From IMG/VR virus record IMGVR_UViG_3300020165_001964: 64,000 nucleotides of DNA. One strand, given 5' to 3'. Source of the DNA: a virus. Shown here piece by piece: positions 48,061 to 57,312 of this stretch. The position numbers and the translations under genes are program-made. Every line of letters begins with the position of its first letter. Within the stretch, counting starts at the first letter, position 1. The notes under the pieces were generated by a model that made no database searches, was not told the origin of the DNA, and saw nothing but the letters and a program-made list of their open reading frames with translations.

Positions 48061-48984
48061 ATGGAAGAAATTAAAAACACATTATGGGTAGAAAAATATC
48101 GGCCGTCGAAACTTGACAGCTACATAGGTAACCAACACCTAAGAAGTAAAGTCAAGGTCTACATCGAGAGTGGAGATTTACCACACCTTTTACTATACGG
48201 ACGTGCTGGTACAGGTAAAACCACTCTCGCTAAATTACTTGTTAATAATATAGAGTGTGATTATCTTTACATCAACGCATCTGATGAGAATAGTGTGGAT
48301 GTGGTTCGTGATAAAGTAAAGAACTTTGCATCAACACTTGGATTCAAAGAGATGAAAGTTATTATCTTGGATGAGTGTGATTACATTACACCAAATGCTC
48401 AGGCAGCACTAAGAAATCTAATGGAAACATTTAGTAAGAATTGTAGGTTTATCTTAACTTGTAATTATGTTGAGAGAATCATTGACCCAATTCAAAGTAG
48501 ATGTCAATCATTTCAAATCATTCCACCAGATAGAAAAGAAGTTGCAGTTCATTTAAATACCATCCTAACAAAAGAGGGAGTTAAATCAGATATTGAAGAT
48601 ATTGTAACCATAGTTAATGGTGGTTTTCCTGATTTAAGAAGAGTGATTAATGCCGCACAAAGACAAGTAGTGAATGGTGAGTTGGTTATTGATGAGGGTA
48701 TGAGTATTCAGAATGATTACAAGAACCAAGTATTAGAAATCTTGAAAACACAAGATAAGAAGAATTGTTTTAAAAATATAAGACAACTATTAGCAGATTC
48801 AAAGGTAACAGATTTCTCTGATTTATTCAGATTGTTATTTGATACAGTCGATGATTGGGGTAGAGGTCATGTGGCTGAGTGTATTTTAGTTTTGGCTCAG
48901 TATCAACAAAGTGATGCAGTAGTGGTAGATAAAGAAATTAACATTATGGCAATGTTTATTGAAATTATTGGCAAGGTAAAGTGA
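48061..48984 (+). CDS. Clamp loader large subunit (gp44/RFC)
   Basis: LWVEKYRP, GRAGTGKTT, INASDE, ILDECD and IQSRC. Confidence 0.95.
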   Translation: MEEIKNTLWVEKYRPSKLDSYIGNQHLRSKVKVYIESGDLPHLLLYGRAGTGKTTLAKLLVNNIECDYLYINASDENSVDVVRDKVKNFASTLGFKEMKVIILDECDYITPNAQAALRNLMETFSKNCRFILTCNYVERIIDPIQSRCQSFQIIPPDRKEVAVHLNTILTKEGVKSDIEDIVTIVNGGFPDLRRVINAAQRQVVNGELVIDEGMSIQNDYKNQVLEILKTQDKKNCFKNIRQLLADSKVTDFSDLFRLLFDTVDDWGRGHVAECILVLAQYQQSDAVVVDKEINIMAMFIEIIGKVK

Positions 48985-50096
48985 GAAAAGGATTTTGTGT
49001 ATCACCATTTCGATATGCCGAAATAAGAGATAACGGAGATGTTTGGCAGTGTTGTACGAGTTGGATAGAAAAACCAGCTGGTAATATCTTAACAGATAAA
49101 TGGGATGATATTTGGAATAGTAATTACGCAAAAAGATTAAGAAGAAGTATGCACAAAGGTGATTTCTCTATGTGTGATGAAAACTTATGTCCTTACATTC
49201 AAAAGTGGAATAAAGGTGAAGAGGATTATTCAGCATACTTTCCAATATATGATGAATCAACATTTGAAAAGTTATGGGATGCAAAAGAAATAAATCCTAA
49301 TGGAAAGAAAAAGTATCAAAATATAATAGAAAACAAAACTATTGATTTACCTTATGGGCCTGAAAGTGTTACATTTGCTCACGATAGAAGTTGTAATTTA
49401 GCTTGTCCATCTTGTAGAAAAGATTTCTTTAAAACAGAGGGTAAAGATAGAGAACAAACTTATAAGATACAAGAGTTAATTATGGGAGAACCTATATGTG
49501 ATACTCACGAGGTTTATATAACTAACTCAGGTGATGCATTTGGAGCAGATGTATTTAGAGATTTATTGAAAATGATTAACACTAAAGATTTTCCAAATTT
49601 AGTTAATTTACATTTACATACAAATGCTAATAGTTGGTCAAGAACACATTGGAATAAACTTAAAAACTTACACGATATTCCAAGATTAACTTGTCATATT
49701 AGTATTGATGCATGTACAAAAGAAACTTACGAAATAGTAAGAAAAGGTGGTAAGTGGGAAACACTTCAGAAAAACTTAAAGTTTATATTTGAAGATATTC
49801 CTAATTTAAAATTTATTAGAACATCATTTGTTTGTCAAGATTTAAATTATAAAGAGATGAGTGGTTTTGTAAAATTAATTGATGATTTAAGTTATGGTTC
49901 AGATGCCATAGTTGAAGTAGAGTTTGGACAATTTACTGATTGGGGTGTGAGTTCAAAGGAAATAGTTGAACAAAGACAGATATTTAAGAGAACACATCCT
50001 AATTATAATTTGTTTTTAGAAGAATATAAAAAAATGTTAAAGTTAGATAAGAATGTACTTATTACAGATAATTTAGATATAGAGGAGTTAACATGA
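48981..50096 (+). CDS. Radical SAM protein with N-terminal SPASM/twitch-like domain
   Basis: CVSPF...GDVWQCC...GNI...IWNS, then CNLACPSC. Confidence 0.8.
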   Translation: MRKGFCVSPFRYAEIRDNGDVWQCCTSWIEKPAGNILTDKWDDIWNSNYAKRLRRSMHKGDFSMCDENLCPYIQKWNKGEEDYSAYFPIYDESTFEKLWDAKEINPNGKKKYQNIIENKTIDLPYGPESVTFAHDRSCNLACPSCRKDFFKTEGKDREQTYKIQELIMGEPICDTHEVYITNSGDAFGADVFRDLLKMINTKDFPNLVNLHLHTNANSWSRTHWNKLKNLHDIPRLTCHISIDACTKETYEIVRKGGKWETLQKNLKFIFEDIPNLKFIRTSFVCQDLNYKEMSGFVKLIDDLSYGSDAIVEVEFGQFTDWGVSSKEIVEQRQIFKRTHPNYNLFLEEYKKMLKLDKNVLITDNLDIEELT

Positions 50097-50329
50097 GTAA
50101 AGATAGAAAATATCAAGAACCACCACAACCTGTGGATATTAGTGATACAGAAACAATAGTTTGTGAAGAGTGTGGAAACGCATCTTTCATACAATCATTC
50201 TTTCTGAAAAGAATATCACCATTAGTATCACCAACAGGTAAAGAAGCAATCGTACCAATACAAGTATTTGCATGTGGTAATTGTGGTTCAATACCAAAGA
50301 ACATGATGAATCAAATTGCAGAGCAATAG
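50093..50329 (+). CDS. Small Zn-ribbon protein
   Basis: CEECG...CGNCG. Confidence 0.6.
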   Translation: MSKDRKYQEPPQPVDISDTETIVCEECGNASFIQSFFLKRISPLVSPTGKEAIVPIQVFACGNCGSIPKNMMNQIAEQ

Positions 50330-50769
50330 TGTATTACAAAATAGATTTAACTGATTATGAACCACGAGAAACTCATAATTATTTAGAGTTTGATGAGTTT
50401 AAATTTAATCCTTATCAATTAGAAACTATTGAAAAGGAATTAAATAACTTTCAAGATTCATTTGGAAGACCTTGGAAAGAGTGGGATATGTCTGATTTGA
50501 AAGATAGATTGCAAAACAATTTCACATTTTATTTACTTGAGGGTGGTTGGTGTTTTATAGATTGGGATAAAAAATATCCTTATTTATGTAATCGTTATGT
50601 GTTTTCAGAACACAGAGGCAAAGGGTTAGGAAAAGATTTGGTTTGGTTAAGGTGTAATGAAATCAAAAAACGAGGATTAAATACTGCTTCAATTAAATTA
50701 GATTGGTGGAACACACCAGCATTATCAGTCAAAAAAGATTATATTTTCACCGAAATTGATGGTATTTGA
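50329..50769 (+). CDS. GNAT-family acetyltransferase
   Basis: Acetyl-CoA motif HRGKGLGK; GTG start overlaps the previous stop. Confidence 0.65.
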   Translation: MYYKIDLTDYEPRETHNYLEFDEFKFNPYQLETIEKELNNFQDSFGRPWKEWDMSDLKDRLQNNFTFYLLEGGWCFIDWDKKYPYLCNRYVFSEHRGKGLGKDLVWLRCNEIKKRGLNTASIKLDWWNTPALSVKKDYIFTEIDGI

Positions 50770-50810
50770 TATTTATATATGAAAAGTTTTATAGAAATTA
50801 GGAAAACAAT

Positions 50811-53075
50811 ATGTCAACACAGATAACAAGAACAACAGAATTTATTAATCATATTACAGGTAGTGCAGGTAATTGGCCTTCATTATCAAATGCTGGAATT
50901 CTTGGTGGTATAGACTACCTTATAGAAAGTGGTTCCAACGAAGTAAAATTTATAGAAATGAATACCAATATTGGAATTGTTGGTAGTGCAGCAATACAGA
51001 CAGGTAGTTACTTCGATGTAATATCAGATTATGTAAATGATAAAGGATACACGACTACTTATGTTTATGGAGTTAATCACAATGGTAAAAAAAATCCATC
51101 AACACTTCAACAACCATTAATTAGTGCTAGTTTTGCACGACATGATATAACGACTAATTTTGAATATGGTGATAGTCTAACAAGAACATACTTTTTACAA
51201 AGAGGAGACGAAGACCACTTAGATAAGTTTCATTTATGGATGCAAACGCCTTGGTATAGTGATGATAATTTAAAAAGTATAGTTAGTGGTTCATTTGATA
51301 AAAATACATTTAGAACATTTTTGGGTAATTCACCATTTAGTTCTTCTTTGATACCATCATTTGATAAGGATAATTATACACCAAATAATAATTATCCAGA
51401 TTTTGTAGTTAAAACTGCAACTCAAGATTCGAGTGTTCAAACTAATAAAATTGGTTTTTACACATACAATTCAACAAGTTCAAGTTATCAAAATGGAGTT
51501 GATAGTGGTTCTTTGATAGAAGAATATATTGTTCATAGTGGAAGTTACAGAGATGGACAATCACATTTGGGTGTGGGTAAAATAGAGTTTATGATGACAC
51601 CAGAAAAGGTTATTGTGTTTGGTGATAGAGATTCTGGTAGAAATGTTAAACTAAAACCTACAGCAACAGATAGTTGGGATTATATAGGGCAAAAAGCAAA
51701 AACATCTGCGAGTGGTAGTTTAATTAAAATGTATGATGGTTCAACAAAACAGGTTCAAGATGTTGAAGTTGGGGATGTTGTTTTAAGTTATCAACCATAT
51801 GGAATGCCAGATGAATCAAAAGATTATTTATCTTACACCACAACAGATTTAAGTGGTTCTACAACACAAGGTTCTATTGTTGTAGATGTAATGAACACCG
51901 AAAATTATGGATATTATTTAATCAATGGTAGTATTAAAGCACCTTATAATTTACAACAGGCTAGTAGTGATATTAGATATTTTGTAAAACAAGGAGATAC
52001 TTGGGAATGGATAACAACAGATGCTATTAGAACTGGAGATTATCTTTTAGACACAAGTGGTAATGAAACAGAAGTTACATCAAAGACAGAACATGATGGT
52101 GATACACTTTGGTATGCACTTGATGTAGAGGATATTGATACTTACTTCCAATCAAATATATTGGTTCACAATATTCCACCAAAGTGTTTTGTAGCAGGAA
52201 CACCAATCACTATGGGTGATGGAACTACAAAAGTTATTGAAAGAATTGAAATCGGTGATGAAGTTATGAATTATAATTTCAAAGATGAAGAAGTTCAGAC
52301 AGGTAAAGTTACCACGATTGATACACCAACACACGCAGATATTATAGAGATTAGTTTTGGTGATAAGAAGACAAAGAATACATTTGACCATCCATATTGG
52401 GTAGTTGGAAAAGGTTGGAGTTCATATAAACCAGAGTGGACTAAAAAACGATATGATATAGAATCAAATCAATTAGAAATTGGTGATAAGTGTTTAGAAC
52501 TTCGTGATGGTAAATTAGTGGAAAGAGAAATTACTAATATTGTTGAAGATATAAATCCAGTCCAAACTTATTCATTAGAAATAACAACAAACCATAACTA
52601 TTTTGCAAATGATGTATTAGTTCATAACAAATTTTGTTTAATGGAAGACCAAGTTATTAATATGGGAGATGGTGTTTATAAAAGAATTGATGAGATAGAA
52701 TTAGGTGAAAGTATTTTACAATACGATGAAGAAACTGAAGAGTTTAAAGAGGGTAAAGTAAATATGATAAGAAAGAAACTACATGATAATTGTTATGGAA
52801 TCAAAGTTGAAAGTGGACAAACAATTAAAGCAACTGATAACCATCCATTTTTATTGAGAGATAAAGGTTGGTCTACAATTGCTGAGAACAATCCAATGTT
52901 TTTACAAGATGGTGGTGGTATTATAAAAGTTGGTGATTATGTTAGAGATATAGATGGATGGGTAGAAATTGTAGAAATCAATAAAATTGAGGGAGAATAT
53001 ATAACATATAACTTGTTAGAACAAGATTATGGAACTATTATTGCTCATGATATTGTAACTCACAATTCACCTTAA
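50811..53075 (+). CDS. Circularly permuted ATP-grasp-like domain plus three tandem Hint (intein-like) domains
   Basis: Hint1 T298-N454, Hint2 C459-N606 (TFDH), Hint3 C609-N752 (TDNH), each ending HN. N-domain has GIDYL...FIEMNT before DK...FVVK...IEEYI. Confidence 0.8.
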   Translation: MSTQITRTTEFINHITGSAGNWPSLSNAGILGGIDYLIESGSNEVKFIEMNTNIGIVGSAAIQTGSYFDVISDYVNDKGYTTTYVYGVNHNGKKNPSTLQQPLISASFARHDITTNFEYGDSLTRTYFLQRGDEDHLDKFHLWMQTPWYSDDNLKSIVSGSFDKNTFRTFLGNSPFSSSLIPSFDKDNYTPNNNYPDFVVKTATQDSSVQTNKIGFYTYNSTSSSYQNGVDSGSLIEEYIVHSGSYRDGQSHLGVGKIEFMMTPEKVIVFGDRDSGRNVKLKPTATDSWDYIGQKAKTSASGSLIKMYDGSTKQVQDVEVGDVVLSYQPYGMPDESKDYLSYTTTDLSGSTTQGSIVVDVMNTENYGYYLINGSIKAPYNLQQASSDIRYFVKQGDTWEWITTDAIRTGDYLLDTSGNETEVTSKTEHDGDTLWYALDVEDIDTYFQSNILVHNIPPKCFVAGTPITMGDGTTKVIERIEIGDEVMNYNFKDEEVQTGKVTTIDTPTHADIIEISFGDKKTKNTFDHPYWVVGKGWSSYKPEWTKKRYDIESNQLEIGDKCLELRDGKLVEREITNIVEDINPVQTYSLEITTNHNYFANDVLVHNKFCLMEDQVINMGDGVYKRIDEIELGESILQYDEETEEFKEGKVNMIRKKLHDNCYGIKVESGQTIKATDNHPFLLRDKGWSTIAENNPMFLQDGGGIIKVGDYVRDIDGWVEIVEINKIEGEYITYNLLEQDYGTIIAHDIVTHNSP

Positions 53076-53097
53076 TAGAAACTAAAAAGGTTGTAGG

Positions 53098-53724
53098 ATG
53101 GGAAAATATAAACATAATAATAATTTCAAGTATTCAATTCAAATACCAAATTTCTTATCACATGAAAAGTGTGATGAAATAATTAAACAAGTTACAGATA
53201 CAGAAGAACAAGTTGTAGGTTGTGTTGGTGATGAAAAGGGTAGTGTAATCATACCAGAAATCAGACAAACAAAAGAATGGTATTTAACAGACCAACCATT
53301 AAATGATATGAGACCTGATAAAACTGCCAATGATTGGGGTTGGATACAGAAGAAAATGTACACGATTATTCAAATGGTAAATAAAGATATTTTCAAATTT
53401 GATATCAGAGGTTATCATGATGAGTTAAAACTAATAGAATACCAAGATGGTGGTTTCTATGGTTGGCATACAGATTTTAATGCAGGTTATTGTTCAGTAA
53501 GAAAGTTAGTAGGAATAATTCAATTAACAGACCCGAGTGAATATGAGGGTGGAGATGTTCAATTCGGTATCCAAGATAAAAATACAAAAGAATGGTACAC
53601 TATGGAGAAGAAAAAAGGCTCACTAACAATCTTTCCAACATTCTTATCACACAATGTAACACCAGTCACTAAAGGTAAACGACATGTAATTCAAGAATTA
53701 TTTGTAGGAGACCATTTTAGGTGA
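53098..53724 (+). CDS. 2OG-Fe(II) oxygenase (P4H/PKHD-like)
   Basis: WHTD, YEGG and HNVTPVTKGKR. Confidence 0.9.
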   Translation: MGKYKHNNNFKYSIQIPNFLSHEKCDEIIKQVTDTEEQVVGCVGDEKGSVIIPEIRQTKEWYLTDQPLNDMRPDKTANDWGWIQKKMYTIIQMVNKDIFKFDIRGYHDELKLIEYQDGGFYGWHTDFNAGYCSVRKLVGIIQLTDPSEYEGGDVQFGIQDKNTKEWYTMEKKKGSLTIFPTFLSHNVTPVTKGKRHVIQELFVGDHFR

Positions 53725-54254
53725 TTGCAAATAAAAACTTTGAGTGGTTTTTAGTTAGAGATAACTTTTTATCATCTCAAGAGTGTGATGATGAAATTAA
53801 GTTTATAGATAGTAATGTAAAAAAAGATAATTTTGTTTCGGGTGATATGCATGATTGTAAAAATGTTGATATAGAAAATGAAAAATTATTAGATAGACTA
53901 TGGAAAGTAGTAAAACTATCTAACACATTGGTATATAAATTTGATATATCAGGTATTCAAGGTTCTTGTGGGAAGTTATATTCAGTAGATACATTTACAG
54001 CAGATGATAATTATCATACAGACTTTGCAGCAGGAGATGGAAGTGTTGTTAATAGTTGTACTAAATTATCTTGTTTAATATTTTTAAATGATGATTTTGA
54101 GGATGGTGGATTACAAATTTGGAACGATAAAATAGATGCTAAAAAAGGTAGGTTAGTTATATTTCCATCATTTGCAGCACATAAAGTTTTACAATTTAGT
54201 GAAAAGGATAGATACACATTAATAACTTTCATAGGGGGCAATACTTTTAAATGA
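53721..54254 (+). CDS. 2OG-Fe(II) oxygenase
   Basis: YHTD, FLNDDFEDGGL and HKV...R. Confidence 0.85.
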   Translation: MIANKNFEWFLVRDNFLSSQECDDEIKFIDSNVKKDNFVSGDMHDCKNVDIENEKLLDRLWKVVKLSNTLVYKFDISGIQGSCGKLYSVDTFTADDNYHTDFAAGDGSVVNSCTKLSCLIFLNDDFEDGGLQIWNDKIDAKKGRLVIFPSFAAHKVLQFSEKDRYTLITFIGGNTFK

Positions 54255-54862
54255 AATATAAAAATATAAACATGGAAGAGTTGAAGATAAACCAAGATTT
54301 TAGATGGTTTATTACAAGACCTAATTTCTTTTCAAAGGATGAATGTGAATATATGATAAAACATATAGATAAGACCTCAACAAGAAAGAAAGGACATTAT
54401 ACTGAAAACCGAGAAGATAGTTCATCATTGACTTGGGATACAACAGAGGATAGTAATGTTTGTATGTTAAACATTAGTAGAACAGAAGAGCAAAAGTATC
54501 TTGATAAGTTTTGGAGTGCAATACAAATTGCAAACATAACAACATTCAAATATAATTTAAGTGGAATATTTGAAAATAGAGTACAGGCACACAGATATGA
54601 TGTAGGTGATTGGTATAATCCACATGCGGATTTTCACTCAATACAAAAGTTTAGTTCAGTAAAATTAACTTGTATTGTATTTTTAAACGACCAACAAGAT
54701 TATGAGGGTGGTGAGTTCAGAATGTTTGACGGAACAATCATAGAACCAGAAGTGGGGAAATTAATTATACATCCCGCATTTGCAGGACACGAGGTTAAAC
54801 CAGTTACAAAGGGTGAGAGATATTCTTGTGTTTGTTGGGCAGTAGGAGATACTTTCGTATGA
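54251..54862 (+). CDS. 2OG-Fe(II) oxygenase
   Basis: PHAD, YEGGEF and HEVKPVTKGERYS. Confidence 0.9.
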   Translation: MKYKNINMEELKINQDFRWFITRPNFFSKDECEYMIKHIDKTSTRKKGHYTENREDSSSLTWDTTEDSNVCMLNISRTEEQKYLDKFWSAIQIANITTFKYNLSGIFENRVQAHRYDVGDWYNPHADFHSIQKFSSVKLTCIVFLNDQQDYEGGEFRMFDGTIIEPEVGKLIIHPAFAGHEVKPVTKGERYSCVCWAVGDTFV

Positions 54863-55428
54863 TACAAAATGATAATTTTAAATTTGTAGTACATAAAGAG
54901 AATTTTTTATCTAATTCACAATGTGATAACTTGATAAAATATTTGGATGAAGTAAATCCAAATGATTCAGAACTTGCAGGAAAGTATGATGAAAATATTT
55001 TAAATAAAAAGGTTCGTAACAATAAAGAAGTTATATTCAAAGATGATAAATTAAGAAATAAACTAAAAATGATTTTTGAATTATCAAACTTATCAATTTG
55101 GAATTTTGATATACAGAAAATGGAAGATGTAAAACTTTTAAAGTATGATGTTGGTGGTAAATATGAATGGCATACTGATTGTGGTTCCAAGAAAACTTCT
55201 AAAAGAAAACTAACTGCCATTGTTCAGTTATCAGATGAAACAACATACGAGGGTGGAGATTTAGAATTTGGAATCACCGAAGATTCAGGTGGGAAAAATT
55301 ATACTGCACCAAGAGAGAGAGGGAGTATCACAATATTTCCTGCGTTCTTATCACATAGAGTAACACCAATCACTAAAGGAACTCGTTACTCATTAATAAC
55401 TTGGATGTTGGGAAATGCATTTAAATAA
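54859..55428 (+). CDS. 2OG-Fe(II) oxygenase
   Basis: WHTD, RKLT, YEGGDL and HRVTPITKGTRYSL. Confidence 0.9.
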   Translation: MIQNDNFKFVVHKENFLSNSQCDNLIKYLDEVNPNDSELAGKYDENILNKKVRNNKEVIFKDDKLRNKLKMIFELSNLSIWNFDIQKMEDVKLLKYDVGGKYEWHTDCGSKKTSKRKLTAIVQLSDETTYEGGDLEFGITEDSGGKNYTAPRERGSITIFPAFLSHRVTPITKGTRYSLITWMLGNAFK

Positions 55429-56056
55429 AGTATTAGTATTAGGTTGTAGTCGTAGTGGAACAACAGAGTTTTGTAAAACACTACAAGAAGTTTCATCAAA
55501 GAAATTTGTATGGGAGTTTGGATTTGATGACAATCTCAATAGATTAGTTAGTAGTTTAGGCATTACAGAATTTTTAGATAGAATATACAAAGATAAAAAT
55601 ACTCTTGGAATCAAGTATGGTGTTTATCCACAGAAAAAAATACATTTAGATTTGATAGATTCTCATGATATTGTTTTTTTCTTATCAAGAAGAAATGTAT
55701 TTGAACAGGCAATTTCATTGAACTTAGCAAAAAGAACGGATAAGTGGAGACCAATAGATTTTGGAGTTGAAACATTTTCACAAAAAGAAAAAGATGAATA
55801 CAACAAGTTAAAAATTGAAAAGATTGAGGTTGAAGATATAAAAAAAGATATACAAGGTATTAAAGAAGCATCAATCAAGGTTATTGATTATTTAAAAACT
55901 CACAAGAGTTCAAGGGTATTATTTTATGAAGATTTATTTGGATTCTTTTCAGGTGTGAAATTAAATACACAAAAGAATTATAAAAATATTGAGAACTGGC
56001 AAGAACTAAAAACTTTTTACGAACAGAATAAAGATTTTTGTCATTTTCACTTATAA
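55415..56056 (+). CDS. Sulfotransferase (Stf0-like)
   Basis: 5'-PSB loop SRSGTT, 3'-PB motif LSRRNVFEQAIS and FYEDL. Confidence 0.7.
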   Translation: MHLNKVLVLGCSRSGTTEFCKTLQEVSSKKFVWEFGFDDNLNRLVSSLGITEFLDRIYKDKNTLGIKYGVYPQKKIHLDLIDSHDIVFFLSRRNVFEQAISLNLAKRTDKWRPIDFGVETFSQKEKDEYNKLKIEKIEVEDIKKDIQGIKEASIKVIDYLKTHKSSRVLFYEDLFGFFSGVKLNTQKNYKNIENWQELKTFYEQNKDFCHFHL

Positions 56057-56088
56057 GTTTTATACTTATTTATATCTAAAAGGTTATT

Positions 56089-56520
56089 ATGAAAACAAAA
56101 TCGTTATTCGACCATATAAAACAAATTACTAATGTACAAAATCCAATGTATTGGGAATCACTTGATGAGGGTGATAAAAAAACTTGGAGTAACTACATGG
56201 TTCATCGCTTTCTTAGTATGAAATCAGAGTGGTTGGTTGTAGTAAATGAAATACAAAAGTATTGGGAGTTGGCTCCTAAGAATGTGTATCAGTTTTACAC
56301 CGATGTACTACCAAAGGGTAGAACATTCTTAAGGTATGTGAAATCAAAAAAGAAATCTAAAGTAGAGAAGTGGGCAATGGAACATTTAGTAGATTACTTT
56401 GAATGTAGTACACGAGAAGTAGAACAGCACTTAGATATTTTGACTAAAGAACAAGTTACCACCATCATTATGAAATATGGTGTAGATGATAAACAATTGA
56501 AAAAGATATGGAGTAAGTAA
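56089..56520 (+). CDS. Clamp loader small subunit (gp62-like)
   Basis: SLFDHIKQI and NYMVHRFLSM; size. Confidence 0.65.
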   Translation: MKTKSLFDHIKQITNVQNPMYWESLDEGDKKTWSNYMVHRFLSMKSEWLVVVNEIQKYWELAPKNVYQFYTDVLPKGRTFLRYVKSKKKSKVEKWAMEHLVDYFECSTREVEQHLDILTKEQVTTIIMKYGVDDKQLKKIWSK

Positions 56521-57312
56521 TTGGTGGAGAATATCTATTGGACTGGTGGATTTGATTCTACATTCTTAGTTTGTAAAAGGTTAATTATAGAAAAGAAACC
56601 AATTGAAACATACTATTTGAATTTCCCATGTGATGGTTACCAGCATAACTATAATAGATTTGATTCAAGTAATTTTCATAATTGTATGATTGATAATGAA
56701 TTGAATGCTGTTGATAATGACCCATATGGTAGAAAAAGTTATGGTAGATATAGTAGATTAGTAGAAGTAGAAGTAATGAATAAATTAAGAGAAATGATTA
56801 TCGATAAATTCCCATACACCAAAGAGTTGTTTCCTAAAGTGAATTTGGTTAAAGAATTTGAAATTGATTCTGAAGTTCTAAATGATTCAAAAGTTATTTG
56901 TGATGAGTATAATTCAAGACCTGATAGACCAGACCAAAGTTTGTATATGATACAATTCTCTTTAGATTTAGATGAAGATATATCTGTTGCGTGGGAAGCA
57001 GATAAGGATGGAGAAGATTATTGTTTATCAACACGATTGGTACGAAAGCATTTAAATAAAAAGTTTAAGGTACATAGTGATTCGATAAAAGAATTATGGT
57101 TGTATAAGAATTGGGTATTACCATTAGTAGAAACTTATAGAGAAGAGATGGTCAACATGGCACAATCTTCTAATTTCATAGATATCTTGAAACATACTTG
57201 GTCTTGTAGGTTTCCAAAGAAAAACGGAGATGTTTGTGATGATTGTACATTAGATATTAAGGAACTGAATAGAGTTGATAATTACAAGGATATATTATGT
57301 ACGACTATTTAA
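56521..57312 (+). CDS. QueC-like PP-loop ATPase
   Basis: WTGGFDST PP-loop and C-terminal TWSC...CDDC. Confidence 0.6.
   Translation: MVENIYWTGGFDSTFLVCKRLIIEKKPIETYYLNFPCDGYQHNYNRFDSSNFHNCMIDNELNAVDNDPYGRKSYGRYSRLVEVEVMNKLREMIIDKFPYTKELFPKVNLVKEFEIDSEVLNDSKVICDEYNSRPDRPDQSLYMIQFSLDLDEDISVAWEADKDGEDYCLSTRLVRKHLNKKFKVHSDSIKELWLYKNWVLPLVETYREEMVNMAQSSNFIDILKHTWSCRFPKKNGDVCDDCTLDIKELNRVDNYKDILCTTI

Noticed and set aside
48981-50096. QueE (7-deazaguanine pathway) assignment for the radical SAM gene
   Set aside because: It has an N-terminal SPASM-like domain and its length and motifs are unlike QueE.
51702-53066. Ordinary selfish inteins in a conserved enzyme
   Set aside because: No endonuclease domains, exteins of only 2-4 residues, and two of three lack a +1 nucleophile.
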